DNA of 64,000 nt, taken from positions 124,001 to 188,000 of the forward strand of contig JAPDFW010000059.1 in assembly GCA_028826165.1 (NCBI GenBank). The letters run 5' to 3'. Source of the DNA: Anaeramoeba ignava BMAN (Eukaryota; Protista; Anaeramoebae). Shown one piece after another: positions 1-13,560 of this stretch (positions are counted from its first letter, which is position 1; every line of letters starts with the position of its first letter). The position numbers and the translations under genes were made by a program. The notes beneath the pieces were generated by a model. That model had not been told where the DNA came from and searched no databases. It saw nothing but the letters and a program-made list of their open reading frames with translations.

Positions 1-1343
1 TATTGTTTCATCGATTCCCAATGCATCTGCGTAAAAAGGGCTGAGAAATGAAACATCTATTGAGACTCTGAGTATAAAAAGTTTTGGAATATACTATTTT
101 TTTTTTCCGATTTTCAATTTTTAATTATTAAATAATTTTATAAATAATTTTATATTTAATTTTATAAATAATTTTATAAATAATCTTATATTTAATTTTA
201 TATATAATTTTATAATTAATTTTATATATAATTTTATAAATAATTTTATAAATAAATTTATATTTAATTTTATAAATAAATTTATATTTAATTTTATAAA
301 TAATTTTATATTTAATTTTATATTTAATTTTATAATTAATTTTATATTTAATTATATAAATAATTTTATATTTAATTTTATAATTATTTTATAAATAATT
401 TTATATTTAATTTTATATTTAATTTTATAATTAATTTTATAAATAATTTTATATTTAATTTTATAATTAATTTTATATTAAATTTTATAATTAATTTTAT
501 AAATAATTTTATAAATAATTTTATAAATGGATTTAAATTAAAATCTACTTTGATTTGATCTGCTCCAGAAATTGTTTTTGCTTCTTCAAGATCTAATTTC
601 AAAATTTTAATCTATTTGGGAAAAAAATTTTCATTTTTTAAAAAAAAAAAAAGAAGAAAAAAATTTAATAAGAAAATTACTTCATCTGATTCAATTTCAT
701 TTAAATCATGAGATTCATGAATAGAATCATCAGAACTTTCTCCATCGGATATTCCAATTTCATCTTCTATTTGAGGTTTTTGTTGAATATTATCTTTAAT
801 TTCAATTTCATTTTCAGGTAATTTTTGATCTTTTTTCAAAACTTTTTTTTTTTTGATAAAATTTTTTGGATTGAATTTTTTTAATAAAATTTTTAAAGGA
901 AGAAAAACATAAAAAAAAATTACTTTCAATAAGTAAATTAGTAAATTCAATTAATTTAGAAATTTTTTCTGCTGAATTTAATTTTTCAACAAGAGATTTT
1001 GATAACTAAAATTTTTAAGAAATTAATTTAAATTTTTCAATTTAAAATTTGGAATTTTATTTTGAATTTAAATTTGGAATTGTTTACTGAATCTTCTTGT
1101 TCAGTCCAAAAACTGGGACGAGTACTTGGATAATCATAAAGAAAAACAGACAAACGAATTGTTTTATTTTCAAGTTTAATTGAATAATGAAGACAACTTT
1201 CATATTTATCAAAACGAACCTCTAATTAATTTTTAATTTTTAATTTTTAATTTTTAAAAGATTTGAATTTAAATTTTAAAATTTTATTTACTTAATCCTT
1301 GTTTTGCTGAAGTATTAATAACTTCATTAATTTCTGCTTCCAT
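1..1343 (-). CDS. 5' part of a PARP6/PARP8-like (clade 6 ADP-ribosyltransferase) gene with an N-terminal RWD/UBC-like region; runs off the window start
   Basis: Hand-spliced exons 1343-1292, 1221-1088, 1005-924, 841-681, 611-549, 93-1, joined by five GT-AG introns with compatible phases. After an acidic tract the translation reads LKLDLEEAKTISGADQIK/YIPKLFILRVSIDVSFLSPFYADALGIDETI, which resembles the PARP6/8 N-terminal motif (LDADIEAVKEIY...DLHINISFLDEEVSTAW, recalled from memory). The catalytic domain is not in the window. Confidence 0.5.
120..545. repeat. Degenerate 12-bp tandem repeat (TTTTATAAATAA)n filling intron 94-548
   Basis: Periodicity is directly visible and the repeat lies between a GT donor (548) and an AG acceptor (94) on the minus strand. 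Confidence 0.9.
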
Positions 1344-1504
1344 TTTAATTTTAATTTAATATTTAAATGAATTTTTTTTTTATTGAAATTATTCCAAAAT
1401 AAAAAAATGAAAAAAAAATGAAAAAAATAAAAGTTCACTTTTTTTTTATATTATTTCTTTCTAAAATTTTAATTTAATTCCAAAAAGAGAAAAGAAAAGA
1501 AGAA

Positions 1505-3136
1505 ATGTTTGAATTTGATGACAAAACTGAATTAAAAAATTTCATTTTATTTGATCTTGATTCAAATCCAAATTTTATAAAAAAAACGAATAAAAAAAAT
1601 CAATCACTTCTTCATCTTGCAATTTTTCATAAATTCCCAAAAAACGTTATTCAGAAAATAATTCAATATGAATCCAACATTAACAGAATAGATTTAGACT
1701 CAGAGACACCATTGCATTATGCTTGTAAATATAAAAGCAGTCGAGAAATCATTAAAATTTTAGTTAAAAATGGGAGCAAAATAAATTTGCCAAATTCAAA
1801 GAATCAATACCCACTTCATATAGCGAGCAAAGTGTCTCCTAGAACAGATATTCTGAGTCTATTGGTTAATCGGGATCTAGATATAAACGCCAAAGATGCA
1901 TTTGGCATGACCTCAATGCATTATTGCATTCAAAATAAAGGCGACTTTGAGGCGATCAAGTTCTTACAGTCAACTGGAGGAGACATTAATATACAGAACA
2001 AGGAAGGTAGAACGCCTCTTCACATGTTATGCAGCTCAAACACCAATCTGGATCTGATCAAAGGAGTAATCAATCTCGGAGCAGATGTGACTCAAGTTGA
2101 TAATAACGGAAAAAATGTTTTACATATACTTTGCTCGGCAAAAACTTCAGAAGCAAAAATTGCCATGTTGATCCAAAAAGGTGCCCAAATCAATGTTGTG
2201 GATAATATGGGAAAGCTTCCTCTGCACGAAGCTTGCCGAAAAATCTTGTCTGTTGATATACTTAGACTTCTTGTTGATGAAAATACTGATCTTAATCAAA
2301 TTGATAATCAAAAAAAATCACCTTTATCTTATTTTTTGAAAGGAAAATCCAAAATGAAACAGATCAAGTTCCTGATTTGGAAAGGTGCAGATATCCCTGT
2401 TTCAATAAATGGAAAACATTCCAAATCAATGATTCAATGGTGGAAATGTTATAATTCAATTTGTGAAGATTTTGCTAATCTTGTAAAAAGACAGGAATTT
2501 TGTGATTTCCAATTGGAACATTCCCAAGGTTTTATTGGCGCCCATGAATCGATCCTTCGGCTGCGGTTGAATGATCCCGAAGACAAAGTGGATCGGATTC
2601 CTCTTGTGATCAAGGCACTTAAAACATACTCAAAAGCAAGCGCAATGAGAATTCTTAATTTTATTTATTCTGGACATATTTACCCCCAAAATTGGAACAA
2701 ATTTTTTCCCGAATTGCTTGAGTTTGTCAAAGAGATTGGGAAAGATGAGAAGTGGATCGCTCTCAAAAGAGGTCGTTGTGGTTTGGTTCGTGATCTCACT
2801 CGTTTGTTTCATGAGAAAGATTCAAAAGACTTTACGATTTTTTGTAATGATATACCGTTAAGAATTCATAAGTTGGTTTTGATTACTCGTTCAGAAACTT
2901 ATCGACAAATGTTTTTACAAGTGAATGATAATTCAAATCAAGTTAATGATTATAGTGGAAAATCAGAAAAATCATTAAGAGCGTTTTTTGAGTTTTTGTA
3001 TACAGATGATATTTCAATGAATTTGGAAGAGAAACAATTAGTTGAATTGAATGAAGCTCAAGATTATTATCAAATGAATCAAAATTCAAGTTTAAAAGAT
3101 GTATTAATAAGAAGAAAACAAAATTGGAATTATTGA
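1505..3136 (+). CDS. Ankyrin-repeat + tandem BTB/POZ protein (543 aa, intronless)
   Basis: About 8 ankyrin repeats (TPLHYAC, YPLHIAS, TPLHMLC, LPLHEAC) followed by two BTB-like segments (FCDF...AHESILRLR; KDFTI...IHKLVLITRSETYRQMF...FFEFLYTD). Confidence 0.9.
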   Translation: MFEFDDKTELKNFILFDLDSNPNFIKKTNKKNQSLLHLAIFHKFPKNVIQKIIQYESNINRIDLDSETPLHYACKYKSSREIIKILVKNGSKINLPNSKNQYPLHIASKVSPRTDILSLLVNRDLDINAKDAFGMTSMHYCIQNKGDFEAIKFLQSTGGDINIQNKEGRTPLHMLCSSNTNLDLIKGVINLGADVTQVDNNGKNVLHILCSAKTSEAKIAMLIQKGAQINVVDNMGKLPLHEACRKILSVDILRLLVDENTDLNQIDNQKKSPLSYFLKGKSKMKQIKFLIWKGADIPVSINGKHSKSMIQWWKCYNSICEDFANLVKRQEFCDFQLEHSQGFIGAHESILRLRLNDPEDKVDRIPLVIKALKTYSKASAMRILNFIYSGHIYPQNWNKFFPELLEFVKEIGKDEKWIALKRGRCGLVRDLTRLFHEKDSKDFTIFCNDIPLRIHKLVLITRSETYRQMFLQVNDNSNQVNDYSGKSEKSLRAFFEFLYTDDISMNLEEKQLVELNEAQDYYQMNQNSSLKDVLIRRKQNWNY

Positions 3137-3324
3137 AATTTAAAAATCAAAATCAAAATAAAAATCAAAATGAATATTTTTTTTTTTTTGAAATTTATTT
3201 TATTGGAAAAAAAAAAGAAAAACATTCAAATTGTTTCTTTTCGAATCAATGAATCATTTAGAAAAAAAAAAAAATGATAATGTAAAAACAAAAACACAAA
3301 AAAGAAAAAAAGAAAAAAGCACAA

Positions 3325-6300
3325 TTATTTTCTAAAATGGTCAGAAAAACAATTTGGGAATTGTTGACGAAACCATTGAGTATCAAATTTAGTAAAGAAA
3401 TCAAGATTTGGAGGTGAAACAAGAAAAATATTTGAATCTGAATAAGAAAAGACTTGGGAAAGTTGAAAAATAAAAGAATAACAATCTTGATAAGGAACTT
3501 TTTTTGAAGAATTGCGAAGAATTCTGAAAATCAAAGCAATTTCGGGAACTGAATAAGCAATACCATCAGCAATTTCAAGAAGAGAAAGTCGAACAATTTT
3601 TTCAAGAGGATTTTGAGTGTCTGTTCCTTCAAGATAATTTTTTGCTGAAACTGTATTTAAGAAGCAATCAGCAGTTTTCTTGTTGCATTTAAAATAATTT
3701 TGATAGCAGTTTGAAAGATGATATTTTTTGTGATAAATTCCCCAGTCTGTTTTTAAGTTGCTGTTTTCTTTTCTTTTTGATATGCTTAGTTCGTTGATAA
3801 TTTCGTTGTAAATTTTCGCTAATTCTTCTTCACGAAACAGTTTATATTCGGGTGTTGATAAAAATTGGCGTGCTTTTTTTGTTTCCAAAATTGTGGAAAC
3901 ATTCCATTTTGATTGTTCAGATTGCAAGTGTGAAAAATGATAGTTTTCAAGACTAAATTTTTTGATTTGGAAAAGTGTGTTTTTTAGAAGATAAAGGTTA
4001 TGTTCTTCTGAAAAGAATTTCTGGAAACGATCAACAAGTTCGTCAACAATTTGGTGAATATTTGAAAGGAGTGAGTAAAGAGAAGAAGAGGCAAAATTTG
4101 TGGAAGAAAGATCCTCATCAAAATCAATGCTATTTGAATCTGGTGAATTGATTGTGTAAGAAAATCCAAGCTCAAGAATTAGCGCAAGCCAAATTTCTGT
4201 TGAAATTTGCAAGCTGTGTGTCACAAGTAGAATGTCGCTAAGTTTTTCAACAAGTTTGTTGTATTTTTGCACAACAAATTTCGCAAAGTTTTTGATTTCA
4301 TTAATTCGGAAACTGTTGTCGGTGCGTTCCATAAAAAACTTCACATGCAAATCAAGCTCCATGATTTTCTTGCAGAAATATTGTCGTCCTAGTTGCTTCT
4401 CAATTTCCCGCTCGAGAAGTTGATTGAATGCGTATGTCTTGAGAATATTTATTAGTTTTGCTTTAAAATGAAGAAGCATATCGATAACAAGCACATTCGG
4501 ACTTTGGAAGCAATTTTCGAACCGTGTTGTTTCATTATTCAAACTTTTCAATAAAAATTTCTTCAATTCTTGTGGGAGTTTCTGGTTTGTTGCAATTCGT
4601 GCAATTAAAAGTTGGAATGTTTTGGATTTTGTGTAACTTTGAAGATATTCTTCAATGATTACTTGAAGTTTTGCTTTTTCTGTTTCTGGGTTTTCAATGT
4701 ATTCCATTTTCTGAAGAAATATAATTGCTGCTTCGTTTTTGCGTATTTTATTTTTAAGCTCCTTTTCCACAAGCAGATTTTCGAGTTGTTCTTTTTGTGA
4801 TTGAAATGAGATCTTGTGCAATTTCGTTTATTATACTATCAAGGTGAAGATCTTTTTGGATATCTTCAAGTACTATTGATTGTTGGGAATTGTAATTAAC
4901 CTGAAGATTTTGTGTATTTTCATTTTCATTTGTATTTTCATTTTCATTTTCATTTGTATTTTCATTTCCATTTCCATTTTCATTTTCATTTTCATTTTCA
5001 GTTTTTATAATCTCTTTACTCATGCGCTCAATTGTTTTCTTTTTAAATTCTTCCGCTGCTTTTCGGATGTGCTGGGATAGAAATTTCTTGCGATATTTTG
5101 CAAGCAATATATCCTGTACTTCAATCAAACTAAGTCGTGAAAGATTGCGAATTAGCTCAATTTTTTGAGCAGAAAGTTGTGGATAAGAATCAAGCAAACA
5201 GGAAGCATCACAAAAAACAAGAGGATTTAAATCAATTTTGCAATTGTTTTGAGTGTACAAATTTTCTTCAAGAAGAAGTGGATCAAATCCAGAATTTTTG
5301 CACATGTTGTAGATATTTGATTGTGTAATAACGGATGGGTTTTGTGCAGAAATCATGCATTTGGACACAAAAAAATCAAGAAGTTCTTGTCTTTGATGCT
5401 CATGAAATTGCTTGACAGCCTGATCAAAAACGACTTTTGTATTTGTTTCTAATGTTAGTGGATGTTCTTGTATGTAATTTGAGAGATATTCTGAAAGCTG
5501 GTTTTTGTTCTCGTCTTGGTAATTTTGAAGAAGATCTTCAAACTCTTTTGTAAGTGTTTGAAGAATATCTTCAACAATCAAATCTGCAATTGTTGCCCCA
5601 GTCATTTTGTTTTCTCTTCTTAGCCACGAAAGAGTTTGGTTTTTTATCTGAAGAGAAGTCTTGATTTCCTTGGAAAAGGGAAGAAATCGACAATGCCGAT
5701 CAAGGAGATGCTGATGAAGCAATTTAGCTTTTTTGTATTTGCGAGGAAAATCAATTGATCCATAAATGGCTTCTATTTTTTTAAAAATTTCAAGAGCACG
5801 ATAATAAACAATATCTTGATTAAAATAGGGTCGAATTTCTTGGATATCTTCAAGGTCTTCATCAACTAAAAATAAAATAAAAATAAAAATAAAATTAAAA
5901 TTAAAATTAAGATTAAAATTAAGATTAAAATTAAAAATTTCATACAAAGAGAATAATGCTTGATGCAGAAAAATTTCTGAATTAAACTCGATGGATCAGT
6001 AATCCTATTGTAGCATTCTGTGCAAAAAACAACTCCAAAATGAGAATGAGTAGAATCAGGTTCTCGACAAAAAAAGCAGCAACTCTCCATCTTTTGAATT
6101 GAAATAGTTTCTCCATGATTCGTGTTTTTCAAGATTTTCCTTTGTGGTTTTTTCATCAACTTCTCCGAAATTCTTGATAAATAATTGTCTCCACAAAAAA
6201 TCAGAATTTACAACTTTGCGCCATGATTGACAAACATTAGAGCAATTCACAAGATGATTTATATCTAAATATGAGAAGATTTCTGCAAGAATATCATTGA

Positions 6301-7552
6301 AAACAGTAGCAATAAAAGGTTGTTCATCATGAAATTTATTTGCAATTACTCGTTCGACTAGTTCTCTTTTGGTTCCAATTAAGGACTCGTTCATTCTCAA
6401 GCATTTCCTTCTAAGAGAAGATAATGGCAAAGTATGCAAAGAAAGAATTTCGGAAATTTCAATTTTTTTCATCTTTGAAACTGGAATTTGATAGAATTGG
6501 CAAATTTTGCGTAATTCTATAATAGAAAGTTTGTTGATTTGCTCGATTTTTTGTTTGGTGCAATTGATTCCAATCTGAAAAGAAAAGGTTTTTTTCATAC
6601 TCTTTTCATATTCTTCATATCCACGGTTGGAAGTTTGAAAAAAGTTAACAAGTTCTACAATAATTTTAATTTTCTGAATTAAATTTTGATTAGTATCATT
6701 TTGTTTATTTGTAGATGTAATAAATTTTTGAGAGTTTTCGATATCCATATTATTTGATTCATTTTGAGTTTGATAAGAAGATTGTTGAAGAACAACAATG
6801 AAATCATTTTTAATTTGATTTTCATTTTCGAATATATTTTGAATTGTATTTTGAATTGTATTTTGATTTAAATTTTGATTTATATTTTGATTTAAATTTT
6901 GATTTAAATTTTGATTTATATTTTGATTTAAATTTTGATTTATATTTTGATTTAAATTTTGATTTATATTTTGATTTATATTTTGATTTATATTTTGAAT
7001 TATATTTTGATTTATATTTTGATTTATATTTTGATTTAAATTTTGATTTATATTTTGGTTTGAATTTTGATTTAAATTTTGAATTATATTTTGATTTATA
7101 TTTTGGTTTGAATTTTCATTTAAATTTTCATTTATATTTTGGTTTGAATCTTCAATATTTATGCTGTTTTTGTCTATCCAACTTATTTTATAATTAGAAG
7201 CAACTTCAATCAATTGAGCTAAAGATAATTCCACAATTTCCTCAAGAAGAGGTTGAAAATGTTGATCAATATTTTGGAAAATAATTTGAAGGTTTTGTAT
7301 TTGTAAATCATTTTGAGAAATGAATTTACGAGTATTTCTAGTTGTTTTGTTTGTTTTTCTTTTTTGTTTTTGTTTTCTTTTTTGTTGTTTATTTTTCTTT
7401 CTTTTTGTTTTTCTTTTTTTTTTTGGTGAGTCCAAATGGATTTTTTTTAATGATTCATTAAAAGTTTCTTGGATTGTTTCTGAATTATATTGTTCAATAT
7501 CTTTTTGTCTTTTTTTTGATCGATAAACAATTTTATGAGAACGTAAATGCAT
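3325..7552 (-). CDS. SAP-motif + F-box + XPA-like Zn-finger protein (~1381 aa; one intron, two apparent +1 frameshifts)
   Basis: ORFs 6056-7552, 5866-6159, 4754-5947 and 3325-4821 join via +1 indels near 6092 and 4805 and intron 5866-5945. Motifs: SAP-like LPLSSLRRKCLRMNESLIGTKRELVERV; F-box NDILAEIFSYLDINHLVNCSNVCQSWRKVVNSDFLWRQLF; CFFC...FCTEC followed by LIQKFFCIKHYSLFDEDL...AIYGS. Confidence 0.7.
6830..7150 (-). repeat. Coding 12-nt repeat encoding (NQNI/L)n
   Basis: Visible tandem repeat inside the F-box gene ORF. Confidence 0.85.
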
Positions 7553-8814
7553 TAAAAGTTGTTTTAATTGTTTAATTGTTTTAATTTTTATTGTAAATGT
7601 TGTTGTAAATGTTGTTGTAAATTTTGTATTTTGTATTTGCTAAAAAAATAATGAAAAGAAAAAATATAAAAAAAAAATATAAAAAAGACAATAACAAATA
7701 ATACAAAATGTCAAGTGAAAAGTGAATTTGGAATTGTTTTTTTGTTTTTTTTTTTTTCTTAATTTAATTTATTTTATTTTTATTTTTTATTTTAATTTAT
7801 TTTTAAAAAAAAAAAATTTAAAAATAGATCAGTTTTTATTTTTTAAATTTATAAGGTGAATCTTTTCTAATTAAATTTTTATTTTAAAATCAATGTTATT
7901 TTAATTAAAATAAAAAATTTTTTTTTTAAATTAAAATTTAAAATTAAATTTAGTTTATTTGACTTTTATTATAAAATTTAAATTAAATTTATTTTACAAT
8001 TTAATTTTTTTTTTTCTGAATCATTTTTTTTTTAAAATTGAATTTGTCAATTAAAAATAATTAAATAATTCATTAAAACTCTTTTTTTCCTTTTTTTTTT
8101 TGCTTTTTGCTTTTTGCTTTATTCTTTTTGCTTTTTAGATTTTTATTTTTTTATTTAATTTACTGATCATTTAACTAAAAAAAAATTTTCTTTTTAATTT
8201 TATTTTTTATTTTTTTAATTTTTTTATTTTTTGGATTAAAGATTTTTTGTAAGATCTTAAACTATAAATATTTAATTTATTTATAAAAATTAATTTTAAA
8301 TAATTTGAGTATTTTTGAAACGTGTTGTTTTATTATTAAAAAATAATTTATTAACTTTAAAAAACGAAAAAATTTTTTTTAAAAAAAGAAAAGGGGTATT
8401 TATTGTTAATGAATTAAAACATTTTTTTAAAGAAATTGAATATTTAAATGAATGAGTGTTTAATTGGTAAAATTCTTTATAATTTTGTTTTACATTATTT
8501 TCCTTGTCATTGTTTTTCTTTTGTGACTCGAATTTTCTTTTATTTTTTTTAAAGCAATTAAAATCGATCAAAAAAAAATTTTTTTTATTTTTTGTTTTAT
8601 TTAATTTAATTAAAGATATACGATCAAATTTATTTCAAAAAAAAAAAACCAATTTATTAATTAATTTTAAATATTGTATTAATTTTAAAAACCAAAAATT
8701 AAATAAAAATAAAAATAAAATAAAAAATAAAAAATAAAAAATAAATAAAAAAGAGGGATAAAAATTAAAAATAAAAAGAGAGATCAAAATATAATTTAAT
8801 CATTTTTAATAACA

Positions 8815-9680
8815 TAATTTCAATTTTATTAATTTAATTTTATTTAGATTTTGTTTATTTTTTATTTCAATTTTTTTATTTTATTTTTGTTTATTAATTT
8901 TATTTATTAATTTTATTTATTAATTTTATTTCAATTTTATTTTCAATTTTATTTCAATTTTATTTATTAATTTTTTTATTTCAATTTTTAATTTATTAAT
9001 ATTATTCCAATTTTTGATTAAATAATTCCAATTTTATTTATTAATTTTATTTATTAATTTTATTTCAATTTTATTTATTAATTTTATTCCAATTTTATTT
9101 CAATTTTATTTATTTTATTTTTATTTTATTAATTTTTTTTATTTATTAATTTTATTTCAATTTTATTTCAAATTTATTTATTAAATTTGTTTATTAATTT
9201 TATTTATTAATTTTATTTCAATTTTATTTCAATTTTATTTATTAATTTTATTTCAATTTTTTTGATTAAATAATTCCAATTTTATTTATTTAATTTTATT
9301 TATTAATTTTATTCAATTTTATTTTAATTTTATTAATTTTATTTATTAATTTTATTCCGATTTTATTTATTAATTTTATTTATTAATATTATTTTAATTT
9401 TTATTTATTAATAATTTATTTATTAATTTTATTCCAATTTTATTTATCAATTTTATTTATTAATTTTTTTGATTAAATAATTCCAATTTTATTTATTAAT
9501 TTTATTTCAATTTTTTTGATTAAATAATTCCAATTTTATTTATTAATTTTATTTAGATTTTATTTATTAATTTTATTTATTAATTTTATTTCAAATTTAT
9601 TTATTAAATTTGTTTATTAATTTTATTTAGATTTTATTTATTAAATTTATTTAAATTTAATTATTAATTTTTTTGATTAA
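8815..9680. repeat. Intergenic AT-rich degenerate minisatellite (TTAATTTTATTTA / CAATTTTATTT units)
   Basis: Mixed 13- and 11-bp units are directly visible. Confidence 0.85.
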
Positions 9681-9766
9681 ATTTTTAATTGATAAAAATT
9701 GTTTTCATTTTTCATTTTTTTTCTTTTTCACTCTTCCAAAAAAAAAAAAATTTTTTTGATTTCAAA

Positions 9767-12700
9767 ATGATTCAAGATGGTGGCCTTCTATTTGTTATTG
9801 TACTTGATGCAATAATTTTATTCTTAATGCTGCTTTGTTTTCAATTCAAAAAAAACAAACCCAAACAGAATAGACAAACAAAACTAAAGGAAAACGAAGA
9901 AATTAAAGAAGAAAAAAAAGAAACAAAAGAAAAAAAAGGATTTTTCAAATGGATAATCACAACATGGAAAATAAGCAACAGAGAAATCTACGCCAAAAGT
10001 GGTGCAGGAAGTTTGAACTACCTGAAATTTCAAAAAGCAACAATTTTGCTCTTTTTGTTTTTCACAATTTTTGGAGTAGCAATAATTTTGCCTATAAACG
10101 TGTCAGCAAAAAATTTACCAAAAAATGAAATAGGATTAGGATCTACAACTGTAAATAACATCTCTTCCCAAAGTCGCAGACTGTGGGCTCATTGGGTTTT
10201 CCAAATTTTATACAACATTGTGATTTTGCTTTATCTGTTTTTTTTATACAACCAACTGACAATTAAGACAAATGATGTCAAACATCAACATTTATTGAAA
10301 TCATTGAAGAAAAAAATCAAACCTTCTCATTTCACAATCTTGATTGAAAACATCCCAAGCAACATCACAGAACACGATCTCTTCAACGCATTCAACAGGA
10401 AATATCCCAACGAAGTAATCTCGTGTTATATTGCCAAGCAGATGAATCCATATTTGAGATTTCGAGCGAAATTGATCCAAAATTTAGATAAATTGAATTT
10501 TTTAAAAGATCACAAAGCAAAGGGGAACGCTCAAATTGGGGAATATTTCTGTTGTTGGGAAAGTGATCAAGATTTGGCGAAGAGAATCGCGACTTACGAG
10601 AAAATAGTGAAACGGTACGAAGAGCTAGTTGAGAATAAAGGCAATGTTGTTAAACAAGCGCAAGTGGGGTTTGTGAGTTTCAAAAGACCATCACTTGTTT
10701 GGGTCAGTTTGGGAGATCACAAAAGAAGTCCTGTATTGAGCTCAGAAATGCGGATGACACCAGCGCCTGACCACAACAACGTGATGTGGAATCATATTTC
10801 ACTGACTAAAAAAGGGAGGACTCGAATATCGATTCTTGTTTATTTAGGGCTTTTTCTTCTGCTTCTCATATATTCCACTCCAGTCGCGTTTTTGAATGCT
10901 TTGCGCAAACTAACGCAGACCTACGCCTTCAGAAAACTCGAGGATAATTTTATGCTTCTTGGATTAATTTCTTCTTATTTACCCTCAATAGCTTCCTATT
11001 TATTCACAAGTGTGCTTCCTGGCATAATTCGATCTGCAGCCAATAAAACCGCAAAATTTACCGCCACTAAACAGTTGTCTTTGATAATGCGCGTAGATTT
11101 TATCATGATGTTTTTCGGTCTTCTTGTTCTACCAGTTATTTCTTCTGTTTGCATTTATGTTGCTGTTCAAGATTACATTGATTCGGAGAAATCTTTCTGG
11201 AGTCTTTTCAGTCAAGCTTTTGTCTCAGACAACGGCGCCACTTTTATGAATATGATTCTCCAATTTGCGGTTTTTGGCTGCGGTCTTGAACTTATTCAAG
11301 CTTTTGATGTTTATCATTCTTGGAAGATGAAAAAACATGCACGAACTCCAAATGAAAAAAATCAACTTCCTAAAAAAATCGAAAATTCTCGCACTTTTGA
11401 TTTTGGTTTTAATTGGGCTCTTCAAACGGTTATCATTTCGATTGTTATGCTTTTTTCTATTATGGTTCCTCTTGTTTCTCCTTTTGGTTTCTTTTATTTT
11501 TTGTTCAAGCACACTGTTGATAAGCATAATATGATTTATTTTTATAATGTTAAATTGCATTCTTTTGGGGAAATGCCTTCATCTGCAATTTCACAGATTT
11601 TTATTGGTTTATCTTTTATGAATCTGACTATTGCTGGTTTCTATGGTGTTCGTAATCTTTGGTTTTTTTTCTATTCTTCTGTTTTTTGGTTTGTTTTTTC
11701 GATTTTTGTTCATTTTTATACTTGGAGAAAAATAGCAACTTTTCGGAACAAAATTGAGACAGGTAATTTAATTTATAATTTAATTAATATTTTTTATTTA
11801 AATTTTATTCCACTTTTTTTAAATTGATTTTGAATTGATTTTAAATTGATTTTATTTATAATTTTTATTTAAATTTTGTTCCACTTTTTTTAAATTGATT
11901 TTATTTAAATTGATTTTGAATTGATTTTGAATTGATTTTAAATTGATTTTGAATTGATTTTGAATTGATTTTATTTATAATTTTATTCCACTTTTTTTAA
12001 ATTGATTTTGAATTGATTTTGAATTGATTTTATTTATAATTTTTATTTAAATTTTGTTCCACTTTTTTAAATTGATTTTAAATTGATTTTGAATTGATTT
12101 TGAATTGATTTTGAATTGATTTTGAATTGATTTTGAATTGATTTTAAATTGATTTTATTTATAATTTTTATTTAAATTTTATTCCACTTTTTTAAATTGA
12201 TTTTAAATTGATTTTGAATTGATTTTGAATTAATTTTGAATTGATTTTGAATTGATTTTGAATTGATTTTGAATTGATTTTAAATTGATTTTATTTATAA
12301 TTTTTATTAGAAATGTTGATTTGTGAAGATCACGATAATGAATCTTTTCCTTCAGAAGAAAAAATCAAAAAATCTTATAATTATTATGATATTCTTACTA
12401 AAAATGAAACTAAACTTTGGGGTGATCTTCCTCAATCTCATCATTTATTAAATCATCAAAAATTAAAAACTATTCTAGATGTTCGTGGTTTTTCTCAACA
12501 AAATAAAATTGATTTAGAAAAAACATCTGATTCTACTTCTAAATCTGATTCTGATTCTGATTCAAAAGAAATTCAAAAAAATAATTCATTTAAAGAAATT
12601 CAAAATGAAAAATTTGATAAAAAAAATTCAAAAGAAATTTCAATTGAAACAAGTGAAGATGAATCAGAGAAAAAAGTTCAAGAAAATCAAGATTTAATCA

Positions 12701-12870
12701 TATTTACTGATAAAAATGAAAATGAAAATGAAAATCAAAATGAAAATGAAAATGAAAATGATAATGATAATAATAATGAAAATGATAATGATAATGATAA
12801 TGATAATGATAATGATAATGATAATGATAATGATAATGAAAATGATAATGATAATGATAATGATAATTGA
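9767..12870 (+). CDS. OSCA/TMEM63/CSC1-family mechanosensitive cation channel (~851 aa, intron 11763-12310)
   Basis: Family motifs GSLNYLKFQK, IILPINVS, RLWAHW, FTILIENIP, VGFVSFK, APDHNNVMWNHI, FDFGFNWA, PLVSPFGFFYFLFKHTVDKHN, plus about 11 hydrophobic segments. A phase-1 GT-AG intron joins ORF 12313-12870, which encodes an acidic EN/DN tail. Confidence 0.92.
11770..12305. repeat. 11-bp (TTTTGAATTGA)n repeat with higher-order blocks, filling the OSCA intron
   Basis: Directly visible periodicity. Confidence 0.85.
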
Positions 12871-12879
12871 AAACAAAAG

Positions 12880-13560
12880 GAATTTTGGTTTGAATTTGAA
12901 TTTGGATTTGAATTTGAATTTGAATTTAAATTTTGATTTGAATTTGAATTTGGATTTTAATTTGAATTTGAATTTGAATTTGAATTTGAATTTGGATTTT
13001 AATTTGAATTTGAATTTGAATTTGAATTTTGATTTGAATTTGAATTTGAATTTAAATTTTAATTTGAATTTGAATTTGAATTTGAATTTAAATTTGAATT
13101 TGAATTTGAATTTTAATTTTAATTTGGATTTGAATTGAATTTGAATTTGGATTTGAATTTGAATTTGAATTTGGATTTTAATTTGAATTTGAATTTGAAT
13201 TTTGATTTGAATTTGAATTTGAATTTGAATTTGGATTTTAATTTGAATTTGAATTTGAATTTGAATTTGGATTTGAATTTGAATTTGGATTTTAATTTGA
13301 ATTTGAATTTGAATTTGAATTTGAATTTGAATTTGAATTTGGATTTGAATTTGAATTTGAATTTGAATTTAAATTTGGATTTGGATTTTGATTTGAATTT
13401 GAATTTGAATTTGGATTTGAATTTGAATTTGAATTTTGATTTGGATTTGAATTTTAATTTTAATTTGAATTTGGATTTTAATTTGAATTTGAATTTGAAT
13501 TTTGATTTGAATTTGAATTTGAATTTGAATTTGGATTTGAATTTGAATTTTAATTTGATT
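12880..13560. repeat. Hexamer microsatellite (TTTGAA)n immediately after the OSCA stop codon
   Basis: Directly visible; it generates the spurious NL-repeat ORFs. Confidence 0.9.

Noticed and set aside
8296-8737. ORFs 8296-8571 and 8504-8737
   Set aside because: K/F/N-rich translations of AT-rich intergenic DNA with no domain or splice support.
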